From Candidatus Eiseniibacteriota bacterium (GTDB taxonomy: Bacteria; Eisenbacteria; RBG-16-71-46), in contig JBGAOA010000021.1 of the NCBI GenBank assembly GCA_044222065.1, positions 1 through 58,835 on the forward strand: a stretch of DNA of 58,835 bases, given 5' to 3'. The position numbers were made by a program, and so were the translations under genes. Below, in pieces: positions 24,598 to 35,696 of the stretch (within the stretch, counting starts at the first letter, position 1; each line of letters begins with the position of its first letter). A model generated the notes under the pieces. It was not told where the DNA came from, did not search any database, and saw only the letters and a list, made by a program, of their open reading frames with translations.

Positions 24598-25086
24598 ATG
24601 AATGCGACCTCCACCGCTGCGAAGCGCGCGACGACCGCCGAAGCGCACCAGTTCCTGACGTTCCGCGTGGGCGGCGAGGAGTACGGCATCGAGATCCTGA
24701 AGGTGCAGGAGATCAAGGGCCTGACGACGATCACGCCGATCCCGAACGCACCGCCCTACGTCAGCGGCGTCATGAACCTGCGCGGCTCGGTCGTGCCGGT
24801 GATGGAGCTGCGCTCGTGTTTCGGACTGCCGGCGCGTGAGGACGCGACGTTCGCGGTGATCGTGGTCGTGAAGGTCGGACCCAAGGTCGTCGGTCTCGTC
24901 GCCGACGCCGTGAGCGAGGTGCTCGACACGACCGCCGACCAGATCGAACCGGCGCCCGAGATCGGCATCGCGCCCGCGCAGCAGTTCGTCACCGCGGTCA
25001 CGCGCGCCGGCGACCGGCTCGTCGGCCTGCTCGCGGTCGAACGCGTGGCCTGCGTCGGAGACCTCGACACTTCGCTCGCGGCCTGA
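24598..25086 (+). CDS. cheW: Chemotaxis coupling protein CheW
   Basis: QFLTFRVGGEEYGIEILKVQEIKG...ITPIPNAP..VSGVMNLRG.VVPV...VGLVADAVSEV. Confidence 0.95.
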   Translation: MNATSTAAKRATTAEAHQFLTFRVGGEEYGIEILKVQEIKGLTTITPIPNAPPYVSGVMNLRGSVVPVMELRSCFGLPAREDATFAVIVVVKVGPKVVGLVADAVSEVLDTTADQIEPAPEIGIAPAQQFVTAVTRAGDRLVGLLAVERVACVGDLDTSLAA

Positions 25087-25146
25087 CGGCCGGCTTCGCC
25101 TTCACACCCCCCCGGGCCCCCGGATCGGACGAAAGGGAATCGCGGC

Positions 25147-26862
25147 ATGGCTCGCCACGTCGTGTTCGGAATCAAGAAGAAGTTCGTCGGCATGCTGTCG
25201 ACGTTCACGGTCGGACTCGTGTTCGTGGGCGTGCTCGGCATCGTCGGCATCGACGTCCTGCGCGGACAGCGCGTCAACATGGACCGCGCGACGAGTCTCT
25301 CGACCGACGCGATCCCGCCGACCCTCAACGTCGGACCCGCCTACCTCGCTCTGGCGCGGATCGGGTACGAGGACGACGCGGGGCGGCAGGAAGCGATCGC
25401 GGCCTACGAAGAGGCCAAGTCGCAGTACCAGGAACGCTACGACCACTGGGCGAAGGACCTCGTCAAGGCGCCCGAGCTGCAGGCGTCGTTCCAGGCGGAG
25501 CACGCCCTCGCGGTGCGGTTCTTCGAACTGGCCGACGGCAAGGGGCTGATGCTCGCTCGCGCGGGCAACGTCGCCGGCTTCCGCACGTTCGTGATCGACG
25601 AGCTCGATCCGATGTACACCGAGTACAAGTCGGCGGGGGACGCGTTCGCGGCCGAGATCAAGCAGTACGGCGTGGCGCAGAGCAGCCGCTACATGAAGAT
25701 CCTCGCCGTCGTTCGCGGGACGCTGCTCGGCACGGCGCTGCTCATCGCCGCCCTGTGCGCGCTCCTCGGCGGACTGCTCGTGCGGGGGATCCTGGGCCGG
25801 CTCCTCGAGACGCGGCGGTTCCTCGCCGAGATGGCGAAGGGCGACCTGACGGGCGAACTCCACGACACGACGCAGGACGAACTCGGCGAGATGTCCGACT
25901 CGATGAACGAGGTCGTGCGCTCCATGCGTCAGGCGCTCTCGGGCGTGCTCAAGACCGCGGGCGGAGTGGCGTCGTCGTCGCGCGAGCTGTCGGCCGGGGC
26001 GTCGCAGATCTCGAGCGGCGCACAGCAGCAGGCGAGCGGGCTCGAGACGACGGCCGCGAGCCTCGAGGAAATCACCTCGACCGTCCGGCTCAACTCGGAC
26101 AGCGCGCAACAGGCGAACGGACTCGCGATCAGCGCGCGCGACGTCGCCGAGCGCGGCGGCGGCGTCGTCGGCTCGGCGGTCCACGCGATGGCCGAGATCA
26201 GCGCGCGCAGCAAGGCGATCGTGGACATCATCAGCACGATCGACGAGATCGCCTTCCAGACGAACCTGCTCGCGCTGAACGCCGCGGTCGAAGCGGCGCG
26301 GGCGGGCGAGCAGGGGCGGGGGTTCGCGGTCGTCGCGAGCGAGGTGCGAAACCTCGCGCAGCGCTCCGCGACCTCGGCGAAGGAGATCAAGGAACTCATC
26401 TAGGACTCGGTGCGCCAGATCGAGACGGGCACCGAGCTCGTGAACAAGTCGGGCGAGTCGCTGCAGGAGATCGTGCAGTCCGTCAAGCGCCTGACCGAGA
26501 TCGTCGGCGAGATCGCCTCGGCGAGCCGCGAGCAGTCCACGGGCATCGACCAGGTGAATCACGCGATCGCCTCGATGGACCAGATCACGCAGTCGAACGC
26601 GGCGCAGACCGAAGAGCTCGCCGCGACGGCGCAGGCGCTCTCGGGTCAGTCGGACGACCTGGTCGCGCTCGTCGCGCGGTTCCAGTTGGGCGCGGGTGGA
26701 GCGCCCCCCGCGGCGGCCGCCGCGAAGGCCTCCGTTCCGGCCGCGCGCGCGTCGCGCGTGATCCCGGGGAACTTCACGCCCGCGTCGGGTTCGACGCGAG
26801 AAGTGCATCCCGCCGCGGTCAAGGTGGCGGGTGCGGGCGAGGCGGAGTTCGACGAGTTCTGA
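25147..26862 (+). pseudogene. Methyl-accepting chemotaxis protein interrupted by an in-frame TAG (26401-26403)
   Basis: 2 TM, periplasmic domain, [34 protein letters not shown]; frame continues KELI*DSVRQIETG...EFDEF. Confidence 0.85.
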
Positions 26863-26883
26863 CGCGAGGCGAGCACGTGGAAC

Positions 26884-26913
26884 CGGGGCCGGGCGCCATC
26901 GCGTCCGGCCCCG
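26884..26913. terminator. Hairpin between convergent MCP and GH1 genes
   Basis: CGGGGCCGGGCGC-CATC-GCGTCCGGCCCCG. Confidence 0.45.
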
Positions 26914-26943
26914 CGCGTTGGGGCGGGATTCAGCGGTGCGCGC

Positions 26944-28299
26944 TCAGCGGCCCGGCACGGGAGCGCCGGCGCCGCGAATGGCGTCGCGATACCACTCGCC
27001 GCTCGCCTTCACCGTGCGCTCGAGCGTCTCGAAGTTCACGTGCACGATGCCGAAGCGCTTCGTGAACCCGCTCGACCACTCGAGATTGTCGAGCAGCGAC
27101 CACACGTAGTAGCCGCGCACGTCGGCGCCGGCGGCGATCGCGTCCTTCAGCGCATCGAGGTGCGTGCGCAGGTACTCGACGCGCAGCGGATCGTCCACCC
27201 GGCCGTTCGCCGCCGCGGGCGGGTCGGCGAACGCGGCGCCGTTCTCGGTGACGTAGAGCGGCAGGCGTCCGTAGCGCTCGGTCACCCAGTTCACGATGCG
27301 CGTGAAGCTCGGCGCGTGCACTTCCCAGCCGGTCTCGGTCGCGAGCGCGCCCTTCGGGAGCACGGAGCGGATGCCGTCGGGCCAGCCCGCGGGATCGTGC
27401 GCGACGACGCGGCGGGTGTAGTAGTTGATGCCGACCCAGTCGATCGGCTGCGCGATGCGCTTCAGGTCGCGGTCCGCGTGCGCGGGCCAGGCGTCGCCGT
27501 AGATCGCGGGCAGCCGCTCGGGCCAGCGGCCCTTCAGCGCCGGGTCCAGGTACTGGCGGTTGAAGTACGTGTCGCAGCGCGCCGCGGCTTCGACGTCTTC
27601 CGGAGCGTCGCTCGCGGGATCGATCGGCGCGAGGTTCACGACGAGCCCGATCCGGCCCTTCGCGCCGCTCGCGCGGAACGCGTCCACGCCGGCGCCGTGC
27701 GCGCGCATCAGGTTCACCGCGACGCGCGGCGCTTCGTAGAGGTTCACGTGGCCCGGCGCGTTGCAGCCCGACACGTAGCCGTCGTGGCACACGACCCACG
27801 GCTCGTTCAGCGTCGCCCACATCGGCACGCGGTCGCCGAACGCCTCGAACGCCACGCTCGCGTACTCCGCGAACCACTCGGCGACGTCCGGGTTGAGCCA
27901 GCCGCCGCGATCGTCGAGCGCCGCGGGCAGGTCCCAGTGGTAGAGCGTCACGTTCGGGGCGATGCCGCGCTCGAGCAGGCGGTCGATCACGCGGGCGTAG
28001 AAATCGAGGCCGCGCGGGTTCACGCGCCCCGTGCCTTCGGGCAGGAGCCGCGACCACGAAAGGCTCAGGCGGAAGCCCTGGAGGCCGAGCTGCGCCATCA
28101 GTTCGACGTCGGATTCCCAGCGCCGGTAGAAGTCGCACGCGACGTCGGCGCCGGCGCCGCTCCGCGTGCGGCCCGGCGTGTGCGACCAGCGGTGCCAGAT
28201 GCTCGGCCCCGCGCCGTCGGCGAGCGGCGAGCCCTCGATCTGGTACGCCGACGTCGCGGCGCCCCAGAGGAAGTCGTTCGGGAATCCCGCGCGGCTCAC
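26944..28299 (-). CDS. GH1 beta-glucosidase
   Basis: FLWGAATSAYQIEG, TLYHWDLP, TLNEP and VTENG catalytic Glu motifs, WSLLDNLEW; GTG start overlaps the upstream stop. Confidence 0.95.
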   Translation of the reverse strand: MSRAGFPNDFLWGAATSAYQIEGSPLADGAGPSIWHRWSHTPGRTRSGAGADVACDFYRRWESDVELMAQLGLQGFRLSLSWSRLLPEGTGRVNPRGLDFYARVIDRLLERGIAPNVTLYHWDLPAALDDRGGWLNPDVAEWFAEYASVAFEAFGDRVPMWATLNEPWVVCHDGYVSGCNAPGHVNLYEAPRVAVNLMRAHGAGVDAFRASGAKGRIGLVVNLAPIDPASDAPEDVEAAARCDTYFNRQYLDPALKGRWPERLPAIYGDAWPAHADRDLKRIAQPIDWVGINYYTRRVVAHDPAGWPDGIRSVLPKGALATETGWEVHAPSFTRIVNWVTERYGRLPLYVTENGAAFADPPAAANGRVDDPLRVEYLRTHLDALKDAIAAGADVRGYYVWSLLDNLEWSSGFTKRFGIVHVNFETLERTVKASGEWYRDAIRGAGAPVPGR

Positions 28300-30707
28300 C
28301 GCTTCGCGGTCCGCGCGAGCTTCACGTCCACGACGTGCGTGCGTCCGTCGGCGAACGCCGGCACGACGTTCCCGCGGATCGGCGCGCCGTCCACGACGAC
28401 GCGCGTCTCGCTGCCGCCCACCTTCACGCGAATCCGGTAGGTCGCGTCGCGGAAGCGGCGCGTCATCTCGAAGCCCTTCCACTTGGGCGGCAGGCACGGA
28501 TCCACGACGAGTCCGTTCCACGCCGGGCGCACGCCGAGGATCCACTCGGTCGCGACGCGGAACGTCCACGCGGCCGAACCCGTGTACCAGGTCCAGCCGC
28601 CGCGGCCGTAGTTCGGCGAATCGGGGCCGTCGACGTTCCCGGGCATGACGTACGGCTCGACCTTGTAGAAGTCGGGGTCCATGCCGCGATCCACGGGACA
28701 GAAACTCTTGAACAGCTTCCACGCGCGCTCGCCGTCCTTGAGCTTGCACTCGGCCTGGATCGCCCACAGGCCCGCGTGCGTGTAGAGCCCGCCGTTCTCG
28801 CGCGAGCCCGGCGAGTAGCGCGTGAGGTAGCCGATGCTCGCGTCGGGCGTGCGGTAGGCGGGCCACAGCAACAGGGGGCCATAGTCGCGGTACAGCAGCT
28901 TCTGCATCGAGCGCCGCATCACTTCGAGCCGACGCTTCGGCACGACGTCGTGCAGGATCGCCCACGTCTGCGCGTTCAGGAAGATCTTGCCGTCGCGGTT
29001 GCGCTTCGATCCGATCGCGGTGCCGTCGTCCTTCGTCGCGCGCTGGTACCACGCGCCGTCCCAGAAGTGGCGGTTCACGTTCGTGCGCAGCTTCGCCGCC
29101 TCGCGCGCGTACTTCGCGATCGTCTTCGCGTCGGGGCGCGCGCGGCGCTGCTCGAGCTCGACCCAGCCGTCGAGGATGCCGGCGAGGAAGTGCGCGAGCC
29201 ACACGCTCTCGGACTTGAGCTTGTTGCCGATCGCCGACAGGCCGTCGTTCCAGTCGCCCGCGCCCATGCGCGGAATGCCGCGATTCGAGAGCCGCGCCCA
29301 GAACGAATCGATCGCGCGGCGGCAGTGCTCGTACACCGTGCCGACGTCCTTCGACACCCGGCCGTCCTGCTCGAGGAACGGCACGCGCGCTTCGAGCAGC
29401 GGGAAGTCGGCCGTCTCGCGCAGGTAGGCGAGCGTCACGAACGGCAGCCACAGCAGGTCGTCGTTGAGCTTCTTGCGCGCGCCGTCCTCGGTGAGCGGAT
29501 GCCACCAGTGGTACGCGGTGCCGTCCACGAACTGGTGCGCGGCGTGCAGCAGGATCTGCCTGCGCGTGTGCTCGGGTGCGATCGGCAGGAACACCTGCGA
29601 GTCCTGCAGCTGGTCGCGGTAGCCGTAGGCGCCGCCCATCTGGAAGTAGCCCGTGCGTCCCCAGATGCGGCACGACATCGCCTGGTACTTGAGCCACGTG
29701 TTGTTGAGCACGTCGAACGCGCGGTCGGGCGTCTTCACTTCGAGGGGGGCGAGGAAGCGCTCCCAGTGCTTCTGCATGCCGCGCCACGCGCGCTCGACCG
29801 CCGCCGGCGAGTGGTAGCGCTTCGCGAGCCTGAGCGCTTCCGCGCGCGACTCGGCGATGCCGAGCGTGAACGTCAGCTCCTTCGTCTGCCCCGGAGCGAG
29901 CGTCACCGCGACGTGCAGCGCGCCGATGCCGTCGTGCCACTGGCCGAGCACCTTCGTGAGCTTGCCGCGACGCAGCGCCTCGGGATCTGCCTTCGAGCCG
30001 AGCCGGCCGAGGAACGCCTCCTTGTCGCCGTCCCATCCGATCGGACGCACGCTCGCCGCGTGGAAGGCGAAGTGCGGCCACTCGACGTTCCACGCCTGCC
30101 CGCGGCCGTGCTCGGCGATCGTGTTGAGCCGCTTCGTCGCGATCAGCCCCTGGGCTCCGGCCGAGTACTCGAGGTCGATGAACATCTTGTGGAACTCGCG
30201 GTGCGTGTCGGGCGCGGGCCCGAGGTTCCACTCGAGGTAGCTCATCAGGTCCAGCGTGCGCTTGCGGCGCGTCGTGTTCGTGAGGCGCACGCGCCAGATC
30301 TCGAGCGAATCGTCGGCCGGCACGAACACCGTCGTCTCGCTCTTCACACCCGCGTTCACCGACGTGATCGTCGTGTAGCCGATGCCGTGGCGGCACTCGT
30401 AGAACGACGGCTTCGCCTTCACGGGCTGGTAGGTGAGCGACCAGCGCTCGCCGCTCGCCCGGTCCCGCACGTAGACGTACTTGCCCCAGTCGTCGGCGAC
30501 GAGATCCTGCTCCCAGCGCGTCAGCCGGTTGAAGGTCGCGTGCGTCATCCAGGAGTAGCCGGAGCCGGCCTGCGTCAGCACGGTGCCGTATTCGCGCGGG
30601 CAGATGACGTTCACCCAGGGGCGGGGGGTGTCGGGCCGGGTGATGACGTACTCGCGGCCGTCGTCCGTGAAGTAGCCGTACTTGGTCTGGAACAGCTTGC
30701 GGTCCAT
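28296..30707 (-). CDS. GH94 glycoside phosphorylase (cellobiose/chitobiose phosphorylase family)
   Basis: [54 protein letters not shown]. Confidence 0.92.
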   Translation of the reverse strand: MDRKLFQTKYGYFTDDGREYVITRPDTPRPWVNVICPREYGTVLTQAGSGYSWMTHATFNRLTRWEQDLVADDWGKYVYVRDRASGERWSLTYQPVKAKPSFYECRHGIGYTTITSVNAGVKSETTVFVPADDSLEIWRVRLTNTTRRKRTLDLMSYLEWNLGPAPDTHREFHKMFIDLEYSAGAQGLIATKRLNTIAEHGRGQAWNVEWPHFAFHAASVRPIGWDGDKEAFLGRLGSKADPEALRRGKLTKVLGQWHDGIGALHVAVTLAPGQTKELTFTLGIAESRAEALRLAKRYHSPAAVERAWRGMQKHWERFLAPLEVKTPDRAFDVLNNTWLKYQAMSCRIWGRTGYFQMGGAYGYRDQLQDSQVFLPIAPEHTRRQILLHAAHQFVDGTAYHWWHPLTEDGARKKLNDDLLWLPFVTLAYLRETADFPLLEARVPFLEQDGRVSKDVGTVYEHCRRAIDSFWARLSNRGIPRMGAGDWNDGLSAIGNKLKSESVWLAHFLAGILDGWVELEQRRARPDAKTIAKYAREAAKLRTNVNRHFWDGAWYQRATKDDGTAIGSKRNRDGKIFLNAQTWAILHDVVPKRRLEVMRRSMQKLLYRDYGPLLLWPAYRTPDASIGYLTRYSPGSRENGGLYTHAGLWAIQAECKLKDGERAWKLFKSFCPVDRGMDPDFYKVEPYVMPGNVDGPDSPNYGRGGWTWYTGSAAWTFRVATEWILGVRPAWNGLVVDPCLPPKWKGFEMTRRFRDATYRIRVKVGGSETRVVVDGAPIRGNVVPAFADGRTHVVDVKLARTAKR

Positions 30708-30942
30708 CGGGCCTCGTGTGGCGGCGCGGCTGCCCGGGCGGGCGGGCCGGCGCGGGGGAAGCGCGGCTTGAGTCGAGAAGAGGCCGCATTATGCGGGCAA
30801 CACGTCCGGGCGCAAAGCATGATGAAAGGGTTTTCATCGAAGGCGTTGAAGCGGTTGCGCCGATCGATCGGCGCGAACGCGCGACTCGTCCGGCCGTCCA
30901 CGCCGGAAGCCCGGGAGCGCTCCCACTCGCCAAAATCGCCCC

Positions 30943-30971
30943 TTGCACGTCACTGCTCAAATGTGTAGTGT
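30943..30971 (+). promoter_or_regulatory. recA sigma70 promoter with overlapping palindromic (LexA-like) operator
   Basis: TTGCAC-N17-TAGTGT; imperfect palindrome CACTGCTCAAATGTGTAGTG at 30951-30970. Confidence 0.65.
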
Positions 30972-31072
30972 GCCGCCCATCCCGAGCGACGCGTGCCTCC
31001 TTCCCAAGGGGATCGCGGCGCCACACACGAAGCACCGACACGGATGCCGCCCCTGCGAAGGAGACGCAGACC

Positions 31073-32230
31073 ATGAATTTCCCGACGCCCAACGCCAAAG
31101 AGAAGAACAAGGCTCTCGACCTCGCGCTGCAGCAGATCGAGAAGCAGTTCGGCAAGGGCTCCATCATGAAGCTCGGCGAGTCCCAGTCCGCGGGCGGCAT
31201 CGAGGTGATCTCGACCGGTTCGGTCGGCCTCGACATGGCCCTCGGCGTCGGCGGAGTTCCGCGCGGGCGCATCGTCGAGATCTACGGCCCCGAGTCGAGC
31301 GGCAAGACCACGCTCGCGCTCACGATCATCGCGAACGCCCAGCGCAACGGCGGGCACGCCGTGTTCATCGACGCCGAGCACGCGCTCGACGCGCAGTACG
31401 CGCAGAAGCTCGGCGTGGACATCGCGAACCTCCACGTCGCGCAGCCCGACACGGGCGAAGAGGCGCTCGAGATCGCCGACCAGCTCGTGCGCTCGGGCGC
31501 GGTGGACATCGTCGTGATCGACTCGGTCGCGGCGCTCGTCCCGCGCGCCGAGATCGAAGGCGAGATGGGCGACTCGCACGTCGGCCTCCAGGCGCGCCTC
31601 ATGTCGCAGGCGCTCCGCAAGCTCACGGGCTCGATCAACAAGAGCAACACGACCGTCATCTTCATCAACCAGATCCGCATGCAGATCGGCGTGATGTTCG
31701 GGAACCCCGAGACCACGGCCGGTGGCCGCGCGCTCAAGTTCTACGCGTCCGTGCGCCTCGACATCCGCCGCATCGCGACTCTCAAGGAGTCCGAGCAGGC
31801 GATCGGCAACCGCACCAAGGTCAAGGTCGTCAAGAACAAGGTCGCAGCACCCTTCCGCGAGGCCGAGTTCGACATCCTCTACAACGAGGGCATCTCGCGC
31901 GAAGGCGAGATCCTCGACTACGCGATCGACAAGCTCGTCGTGCAGAAGGCCGGCACCTGGTTCAGCTTCGGCGAAGAGCGCCTCGGTCAGGGCCGCGAGA
32001 ACGCGCGGCTGTTCCTCAAGGAGCACAAGGACGTCGCGCAGAAGATCGAGCAGAAGCTCTTCCCCTTGCTCGGCCTCAAGACTGCGGGCGCGACCCCCGA
32101 GGCGAGCGCGCCGGACAACGGCGTCGCGAAGCCCGCGCCCGCGGCCTCCGCTCCGACCGCACCGCCCAAGCCCGCGGCCGCACCCCAGCGCCCGCAACCC
32201 GCCATGGTCGCGAAGGACGGGCGGCGGTAG
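31073..32230 (+). CDS. recA: Recombinase RecA
   Basis: [43 protein letters not shown]; Pro/Ala-rich tail. Confidence 0.99.
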   Translation: MNFPTPNAKEKNKALDLALQQIEKQFGKGSIMKLGESQSAGGIEVISTGSVGLDMALGVGGVPRGRIVEIYGPESSGKTTLALTIIANAQRNGGHAVFIDAEHALDAQYAQKLGVDIANLHVAQPDTGEEALEIADQLVRSGAVDIVVIDSVAALVPRAEIEGEMGDSHVGLQARLMSQALRKLTGSINKSNTTVIFINQIRMQIGVMFGNPETTAGGRALKFYASVRLDIRRIATLKESEQAIGNRTKVKVVKNKVAAPFREAEFDILYNEGISREGEILDYAIDKLVVQKAGTWFSFGEERLGQGRENARLFLKEHKDVAQKIEQKLFPLLGLKTAGATPEASAPDNGVAKPAPAASAPTAPPKPAAAPQRPQPAMVAKDGRR

Positions 32231-32240
32231 GAGAGGTTCG

Positions 32241-32267
32241 ACGCCCCGGGCCCCGCGCCCGGGGCGT
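32241..32267 (+). terminator. recA-recX intergenic hairpin
   Basis: ACGCCCCGGG / CCCGGGGCGT 10-bp stem. Confidence 0.5.
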
Positions 32268-32282
32268 TCGCACTTTCGAGAC

Positions 32283-32801
32283 ATGGCGCGACGCCACGAA
32301 CCCGACCCCGACGTCGCGACCGCCGATCCCGCGGCGGTTCGCGAAGCGGCGCTCAAGCTGCTCGAGCGCACGCGGCGCACGCGCAGCGATCTCGCGCGCC
32401 GGCTCCGCGACAAGGGCTTCGCGCCGCCGGCGGTGGACGACGTGCTCGACCGGCTCGCCGAGGTCGGCCTCGTGGACGACGCCGAGTTCGCCCGCGCCTG
32501 GCTCACCGGGCGCTGGGGCCGGCGAGCTTCGGGCTGGCGCTCGCTCGAACAGTCCCTGCGCCAGAAGGGCGTGGGCGCCGAAGACATCGCGCGCGGCCGG
32601 GCGCTGCTCGAATCGCGCGAGGGTGCGGCCGACGAGATCGCGCTCGCGCGCCGGGCGATCACCCAGTCGGAGCGCCGCTTCGCCGCGCTAGATCCTCACG
32701 TGCGGCGCCAGCGCCAGTACGCGCTGCTCGCCCGGCGTGGCTTCGACGGCGACGTCATCCGCCGCGCCCTCGCCGTGCCCGACGACGAGGCGTCCGAGTA
32801 G
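32283..32801 (+). CDS. recX: Regulatory protein RecX
   Basis: AALKLL..R.RT...[24 protein letters not shown]; directly after recA. Confidence 0.92.
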   Translation: MARRHEPDPDVATADPAAVREAALKLLERTRRTRSDLARRLRDKGFAPPAVDDVLDRLAEVGLVDDAEFARAWLTGRWGRRASGWRSLEQSLRQKGVGAEDIARGRALLESREGAADEIALARRAITQSERRFAALDPHVRRQRQYALLARRGFDGDVIRRALAVPDDEASE

Positions 32802-32984
32802 GGCGTTCCCGTCGGCGGCGCGGCGCTCGCGCCGCCCGGACGCGGCCCGGACCGCCGGATCGCGGCGATCGTGCAACGGTCCGGCCGAACGGCTATCTTC
32901 CGCCGATTCTTTCGAGTCCGCGTTCCCGGCCGACGCGCTTTCGCGGCGCCGGATCGCCGCTGCCCGCCCGCCTCCGGAGTCCGG

Positions 32985-35696
32985 ATGTCCGACGTTTCGA
33001 TCTCGACCAAGACCGCTGCCGAACTGCGCCGGGCGTTCCTCGACTTCTTCAAGGAGCGCGGCCACGTCGAGGTGCCGTCCGCCCCGCTCGTGCCGAACGA
33101 CCCGACCTTGCTGTTCACCACGGCCGGGATGGTGCAGTTCAAGCCCTACTACACGGCCGCCGGCGACGTGCCGTACACGCGCGCCGTGTCGGTGCAGAAG
33201 TGCCTGCGCACCGGCGACCTCGACAACGTCGGGCTCACGCCGCGACACGACACGTTCTTCGAGATGCTCGGCAACTTCTCGTTCGGCCCGCGCTCGAAGG
33301 GCGCCTACTTCAAGGACGAGGCGATCGCCTACGCGTGGGAGTTCGTCACGAAGGTGCTCGCGCTCCCGAAGGAGCGGCTCTACGTCTCGATCTTCGAGGG
33401 CGAGGGGAAGCTGCCGCGCGACGACGAGGCGGCGGCGCTGTGGAAGAGCCACGGCCTCCCGGCCGACCACATCGTGGCGCTCGGCCGCGCGGACAACTTC
33501 TGGGGCCCGGCGGGCGGCGCGGGCGCGTGCGGTCCGTGCAGCGAGATCTACTTCGACCTCGGCGAGAAGCGTCCGGACTACCTGCCCGACGGCGCGTTCT
33601 GGGGCGAGCGGCCCGGCGACCCCGGCGACCGCTTCATGGAGTTCTGGAACAACGTCTTCCCGCAGTTCGACGCGCAGGCCGACGGGACGCTGAAGCCGCT
33701 CGCGAACCCCGGCATCGACACCGGCATGGGGATCGAGCGGCTCGCGCTGATCCTGCAGGGCAAGCGCACGATCTTCGAGACGGACGTGTTCGCGCCGATG
33801 GTCGAGCAGGTGCTCGCGTTCGGCGCGAAGCGGCCGCAGGACGCGAAGGCCGCGCTGCGCGATGCGCGCATCATCGCCGACCACGTGCGCGGGCTCACGT
33901 TCGCGATCGCGGAAGGCGCGCTGCCCGGGAACGAGGGCGCGGGCTACGTGCTGCGCCGGCTGCTGCGGCGCGCGGTCACGCGCGGCCGCTCGCGCCAGGG
34001 GCTCGCGATCCACGCCACGTTCCTCGCGAAGTGCGCGGAGCACGCGATCACGGTCTTCGGCTCGCATTACAAGGAACTGCCCGCGCATCGCGAGCAGATC
34101 CTGAAGATCCTCGAACAGGAAGAGGCGGGCTTCGCCGAGACGTACGAAGCGGGCATGGAGCGGCTCGAGCGCCTGCTCGAGAAGTCGCCGAAGCTCGGCG
34201 GCCGCGACGCGTTCGAGCTTCACGACACGTACGGTTTCCCGATCGAGCTGACCGAGGAGATCGCGAAGCAGCGCGACGTCGCCGTGGACCGCGACGGCTT
34301 CGAAGCGGCCATGGACGAGCAGCGCGAACGCGCGCGCGCGGCGAGCAAGTTCGTGAAGGGCGCGGAACAGGCGGCGCCGTGGACCGAACTGACGAGCGGC
34401 GCCGATTCCGAGTTCGTCGGCTACACGCAGCTTTCGGCCGACGGCCTCACCGCGCGGCGCTGGCGCGAGTCGGCGGACGGCACGTTCGAAGTCGTGCTCG
34501 ACCGCACGCCGTGCTACGCCGAGAGCGGCGGACAGGTCGCCGACCGCGGCGCGCTGGACGCCGGCGGGGTCACGGCCGAACTCGTGCACGTCTACAAGGA
34601 CGCCGAGCACATCGTGCACCGCGTGAAGGCGGCCGGCGTGCGCGACGCGTTCCTCGCCGCGGCCGCGAAGGGCGGCGCGCGCGCGCGCGTGGACGCGGGC
34701 CATCGCGCGCCGACGCAGCGCCACCACACGGCGACCCACCTGCTGCACGCGGCGCTCCGGCACACGCTCGGCACGCACGTGCGTCAGGCCGGATCGCTCG
34801 TCGCGCCCGACCGCCTGCGCTTCGACTACACGCACTTCGAGGCGACGAAGCACGAGGAGCTGGCGGCGATCGAGCGCAGGGTGGTCGAGTGGACGCTCGC
34901 GAACCGCGACGTGAAGTGGCAGGTGATGCCGATCGCCGAAGCGAAGCAGCTCGGCGCGATGGCGCTGTTCGGCGAGAAGTACGGCGCCGAGGTGCGCATG
35001 GTCACGGTGGACGGGGAGCCGGCGCTGGGCATCGAACCGAGCCGCGAACTGTGCGGCGGCACGCACGTCGCGCGCACGGGCGACATCGGCGCGTTCGTGC
35101 TCGTCGCCGACTCGGCGATCGCGGCCGGCGTGCGGCGCATCGAGGCGCTGTGCGGGGTCGAAGCGCTCGCGTGGCTGCGCGTGCAGCAGGAGACGCTCGC
35201 GCGCGCCGCGCACCTGCTCCAGTCCTCGCCGCACGCGGTGCCCGAGCAGATCGAGAAGCTGCGCGCCGAGATCGCGGCGCTCAAGAAGTCGCAGGCCGAG
35301 GCGGCGCGCGGCGGGCTCGAAGCGGAGTTCGAGCGGCTCGCGGCGCAGGCGACCGCGGCCGGCAAGGGGCGCTGGATCGTGGCCGAGATCGCGTCCGAAG
35401 CCGACGCGAACGCGGTGCGCGAGGCGGCCGACCGGCTGCGCGGCTCGCTCAAGAGCGGCGCGGCGGTGCTGTCCTTGAAGAGCGGCGACAAGCTCACGTT
35501 CGTCGCCGCCGTCACCGACGACCTCGTGGCGTCGAAGGCGCTCAACGCGTCCGACCTCGTGAAGAAGGTCGCGACCGTCGCGGGCGGTTCCGGCGGCGGC
35601 AAGCCGCACCTGGCCCTCGCGGGCGGCAAGGATCCGTCGAAGCTCGGCGACGCGCTCGCGGAAGCGCGCCGCCTGCTCGCGGAGGCGCTCGCGTGA
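32985..35696 (+). CDS. alaS: Alanine--tRNA ligase
   Basis: DPTLLFTTAGMVQFK, HDTFFEMLGNFSF, IDTGMGIER, HTATHLLH, ELCGGTHV, GGSGGGKP. Confidence 0.99.
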   Translation: MSDVSISTKTAAELRRAFLDFFKERGHVEVPSAPLVPNDPTLLFTTAGMVQFKPYYTAAGDVPYTRAVSVQKCLRTGDLDNVGLTPRHDTFFEMLGNFSFGPRSKGAYFKDEAIAYAWEFVTKVLALPKERLYVSIFEGEGKLPRDDEAAALWKSHGLPADHIVALGRADNFWGPAGGAGACGPCSEIYFDLGEKRPDYLPDGAFWGERPGDPGDRFMEFWNNVFPQFDAQADGTLKPLANPGIDTGMGIERLALILQGKRTIFETDVFAPMVEQVLAFGAKRPQDAKAALRDARIIADHVRGLTFAIAEGALPGNEGAGYVLRRLLRRAVTRGRSRQGLAIHATFLAKCAEHAITVFGSHYKELPAHREQILKILEQEEAGFAETYEAGMERLERLLEKSPKLGGRDAFELHDTYGFPIELTEEIAKQRDVAVDRDGFEAAMDEQRERARAASKFVKGAEQAAPWTELTSGADSEFVGYTQLSADGLTARRWRESADGTFEVVLDRTPCYAESGGQVADRGALDAGGVTAELVHVYKDAEHIVHRVKAAGVRDAFLAAAAKGGARARVDAGHRAPTQRHHTATHLLHAALRHTLGTHVRQAGSLVAPDRLRFDYTHFEATKHEELAAIERRVVEWTLANRDVKWQVMPIAEAKQLGAMALFGEKYGAEVRMVTVDGEPALGIEPSRELCGGTHVARTGDIGAFVLVADSAIAAGVRRIEALCGVEALAWLRVQQETLARAAHLLQSSPHAVPEQIEKLRAEIAALKKSQAEAARGGLEAEFERLAAQATAAGKGRWIVAEIASEADANAVREAADRLRGSLKSGAAVLSLKSGDKLTFVAAVTDDLVASKALNASDLVKKVATVAGGSGGGKPHLALAGGKDPSKLGDALAEARRLLAEALA

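Noticed and set aside
26944..31272. 1442-aa minus-strand ORF
   Set aside because: Only the last 451 aa (GH1) are real; the rest is a stop-poor shadow frame over the GH94 gene and recA
32080..32230. RecA C-terminal Pro/Ala extension as an intein or extra domain
   Set aside because: Low-complexity tail, a commonly variable region, with no splicing motifs
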